DNA of 50,163 nucleotides. It comes from a bacterium (GTDB lineage: Bacteria; Patescibacteriota; Andersenbacteria; UBA10190). The stretch covers positions 1 through 50,163 of the forward strand of contig JAQBWN010000003.1 of assembly GCA_027624555.1 (NCBI GenBank), written 5' to 3'. Positions 48,901 through 50,163 of this stretch are shown here, piece by piece. The position numbers and the translations under genes were made by a program. Position 1 is the first letter of the stretch; the number at the start of each line of letters is the position of its first letter. The notes below the pieces were generated by a model. The model did no database searches. It worked only from the letters and a program-made list of their open reading frames with translations, and was not told where the DNA came from.

Positions 48901-50163
48901 GACTGCGTACCGCCGTTTAACGTAACTGTTCTTCCAGTTGAATTAGTAATAGTTCCGGAGTTGGATACGTCTCCTGCTACGGTAGGGTTAAAGCCATTGA
49001 GGTTAAGTGTTCCGTTTGTGATAGTGAGATGGTTGTTGACGGTAAGTGCTGCATCTAAACTCCAAGTACCACTTCCGTTAAACGTAAGGTTGTAGTATTC
49101 ATCTCCGACATCGAGCGACGAGTACGTGCTGTTACCGGTATACGTAACAGTTCCGCTGTTGGTGTCGTTCGTGAGGTTAGTGAGCGTTTCTGCTCCTTGC
49201 AGAGAGAAAGTACCCGTGTTGTTGAACGTATTGCTTACTGGAAGTGAAAGGTTGTATCCGCCAGTAGCCAACGTCCCATCCGTAATCGTCAAATTACTTC
49301 CGAGCGTAGCGTTCTGGCCTAATGTTACTGTTTGACTTGCTCCGTTGATGGTGAGTGCATAGGGATTCGTGCTTTCAGTAAACGTGTGTGTTTTCGTAAG
49401 AGTAAGCGTTCCGCTTCGTGGTACCCATGTACCGTAGTCAGCCCAGGTGCCAGTGCTTACTGCGTAGTTGGAGGCGCTAACGTCCAGTGTTCCTGCTTGA
49501 ATGGTTAATGCATTTGAAACAGTAAGAGCAGAGCCGAGTGTTGTAGTAGAAGTTCCTGCAGTACCATCTGCATATTTACCTGCGGCGAGTTTAGTTATTT
49601 GTGCTTGGGTGAGTGCGGTGTTATAGATGCGGACGTCGTCGATGAGGCCCAGGAACATTCCGTCAGTGCCGCTGTATGACGCCAGTCTGCCTCGGGGGCT
49701 TCCGGAGTTAGCGGTAACGCTTGTGCTATAGGTAGAAGCCAGTCCGCTGTCTAATACGGCATCAACGTATCCCTTCAGACTTGTTCCTTCTCTCGTTGCG
49801 ACGATGTGATGCCATGCACCATTACTGACGTTGATCGTTCCGATGTTGGAGAGGGTTCCGTCCCAGAAGTATGCGTTACCGGTAGGAATATCGAGAATAA
49901 TCTGGAAATTTCCGGCTACATTCCCGGTCGGACCGTCAAGCATAAAAATACGTCTGTAGAATGCCGGGCCCGCGCTGAACGTAGACGTATTAATCCAAAC
50001 CGAGATTGCAAAATCCCCTGTTCCAAAAGCAAGCGCACTGTTGCCCGGCATATCCACATAATCATCCGTCCCATCAAAGCTCAGCGAGTATGGATTGTCG
50101 TAGGTAGTGGTTGAGTTTACTGTTGTGCTCCATTTGACTCCGTTGGTTAATGTTCCGGTATTG
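45972..50163 (-). CDS. Giant Thr/Ser/Asn-rich surface protein, 3' part (LamG, beta-helix-like repeats, FN3/Ig, SH3-like); 5' end outside the window
   Basis: Frame stays open to the edge (..SLSFDGTDDYVDM..); WHHIVATR..GLIDDVRIYNTAL (LamG); two ITWTWTDN.N.E.GF..YTETGL..YTRKV FN3 repeats; C-terminal VRDEP..GWI. Confidence 0.9.
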   Translation of the reverse strand, partial: NTGTLTNGVKWSTTVNSTTTYDNPYSLSFDGTDDYVDMPGNSALAFGTGDFAISVWINTSTFSAGPAFYRRIFMLDGPTGNVAGNFQIILDIPTGNAYFWDGTLSNIGTINVSNGAWHHIVATREGTSLKGYVDAVLDSGLASTYSTSVTANSGSPRGRLASYSGTDGMFLGLIDDVRIYNTALTQAQITKLAAGKYADGTAGTSTTTLGSALTVSNALTIQAGTLDVSASNYAVSTGTWADYGTWVPRSGTLTLTKTHTFTESTNPYALTINGASQTVTLGQNATLGSNLTITDGTLATGGYNLSLPVSNTFNNTGTFSLQGAETLTNLTNDTNSGTVTYTGNSTYSSLDVGDEYYNLTFNGSGTWSLDAALTVNNHLTITNGTLNLNGFNPTVAGDVSNSGTITNSTGRTVTLNGGTQSFNFGDYILDTLNVTGSSGTVSVGSNFTVSNLLSVAAGRTLSLVSYIITLGSNFLTNLGVITEGSGYIAGTSSNLYIADSNFDIDDAISLGAESVYISLIDQDGNLNGTSADTLSGVVISCPTDSEAITLTETGVATEVFRNAGLATAISTGSDTNNNGTLTCANSTTITATYTDAQDSGDTRTDTASATSDTTATAPSSFAGSAPSSTSITWTWTDNSNNETGFKLYDGSNNLIATISTANTTSYTETGLTKGTSYTRKVVAYNNAGNSSYSNSATVVTPAEPTAPSVFAGTAASNTSITWTWTDNANDENGFKLLDSSGTTIATISTANTTSYTETGLTKNTSYTRKVAAYNDDGTSTASNTATVITNNVSPTSPSLVSPVDGALTNNNLPTFTFKKSTEENGTIDFYTLKVGNQTFSNIPASSTEASNPASSTHNTDRYTAQYFNEGTTNTTNQTISVTLKDDGTASLPLNDGTYVWYVTATDTTSNSTRSSERALYIDATRPSISNLNIINPVLTATLSDTRALQEATVTLHKANKLFGSITSYTALETRTYTLTGTSYALTFTPRNELEKGTTYKYTLTVTDSAGNETTSTKSIDILSDKQIAQEAAAQLDPETDTTETIISTLRNLLPESPLNLVELQEQAVVRRQLQAEYFQNFFDPILAWLFNGSGVLERSLVASIQYIGTFIDAGTNYLANIFQNIAATAQSITAQTIAFVTNQLQSLGSYNPMPTIKHTLQYVATIFDKGSDVRIRQGLANRQEIDLFLKRVFAPIASNGRKVAVFTRHGYELFFAKEPTQISNVRISSLQPTSAVIEWDTNHLTRFSKVNYGTSQTYTGEAKTSLEYADHHRVEIDNLSPNTTYYFEVMSQNGEYVFDAYYTITTLSSAAEDSVYVPQQATIISSESVQVRDEPHPNGKIIGEVQPQEQYRALQEVGDWISLLLPSRVEGWIQKEFVTLEDQVGVSAEADRSTIR

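Noticed and set aside
45972-50163. Diversity-generating retroelement target
   Set aside because: No reverse transcriptase and no adenine-specific TR/VR pair; the internal repeats are FN3 duplications.

Overview
A ~50 kb core-genome segment of a bacterium using code 11 (TGA serves as stop, e.g. dprA). It is very likely Patescibacteria/CPR: rpmD/L30 is absent between rpsE and rplO, core genes mostly lack Shine-Dalgarno (SD) sites, Nth and MutY have no Fe-S cluster motif, ComEC is split, and there are a VirB2-like pilin, a TrmB regulator and a giant surface protein. The left 17 kb is the minus-strand str/S10/spc ribosomal cluster (rpsL to partial secY), interrupted between fusA and tuf and between rpsJ and rplC. 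The rest is housekeeping: rpmB, nth, ndk, comEC, ftsZ/ftsA, dgkA, ybeY, rpsU, HIT, hisS, lepB, LCP, pth, mfd, dprA, topA, parBA, tRNA-Leu(CAA), mutY, an MFS transporter, ugd and a partial LamG/FN3 surface protein. The notable non-genic signals are three. (1) A six-copy element built from ~9-nt AGCT units sits immediately 3' of stop codons, forms inverted arms at four convergent junctions and supplies some stop codons. (2) About six stand-alone orphan/sORF cassettes carry a promoter, in most cases a boxA-like motif, an SD and a terminator, in a genome where rpsU has the only near-perfect SD among core genes. (3) REP-like palindromes are inserted in frame into rplD and pth. All calls come from reading the sequence by eye; no searches were run.
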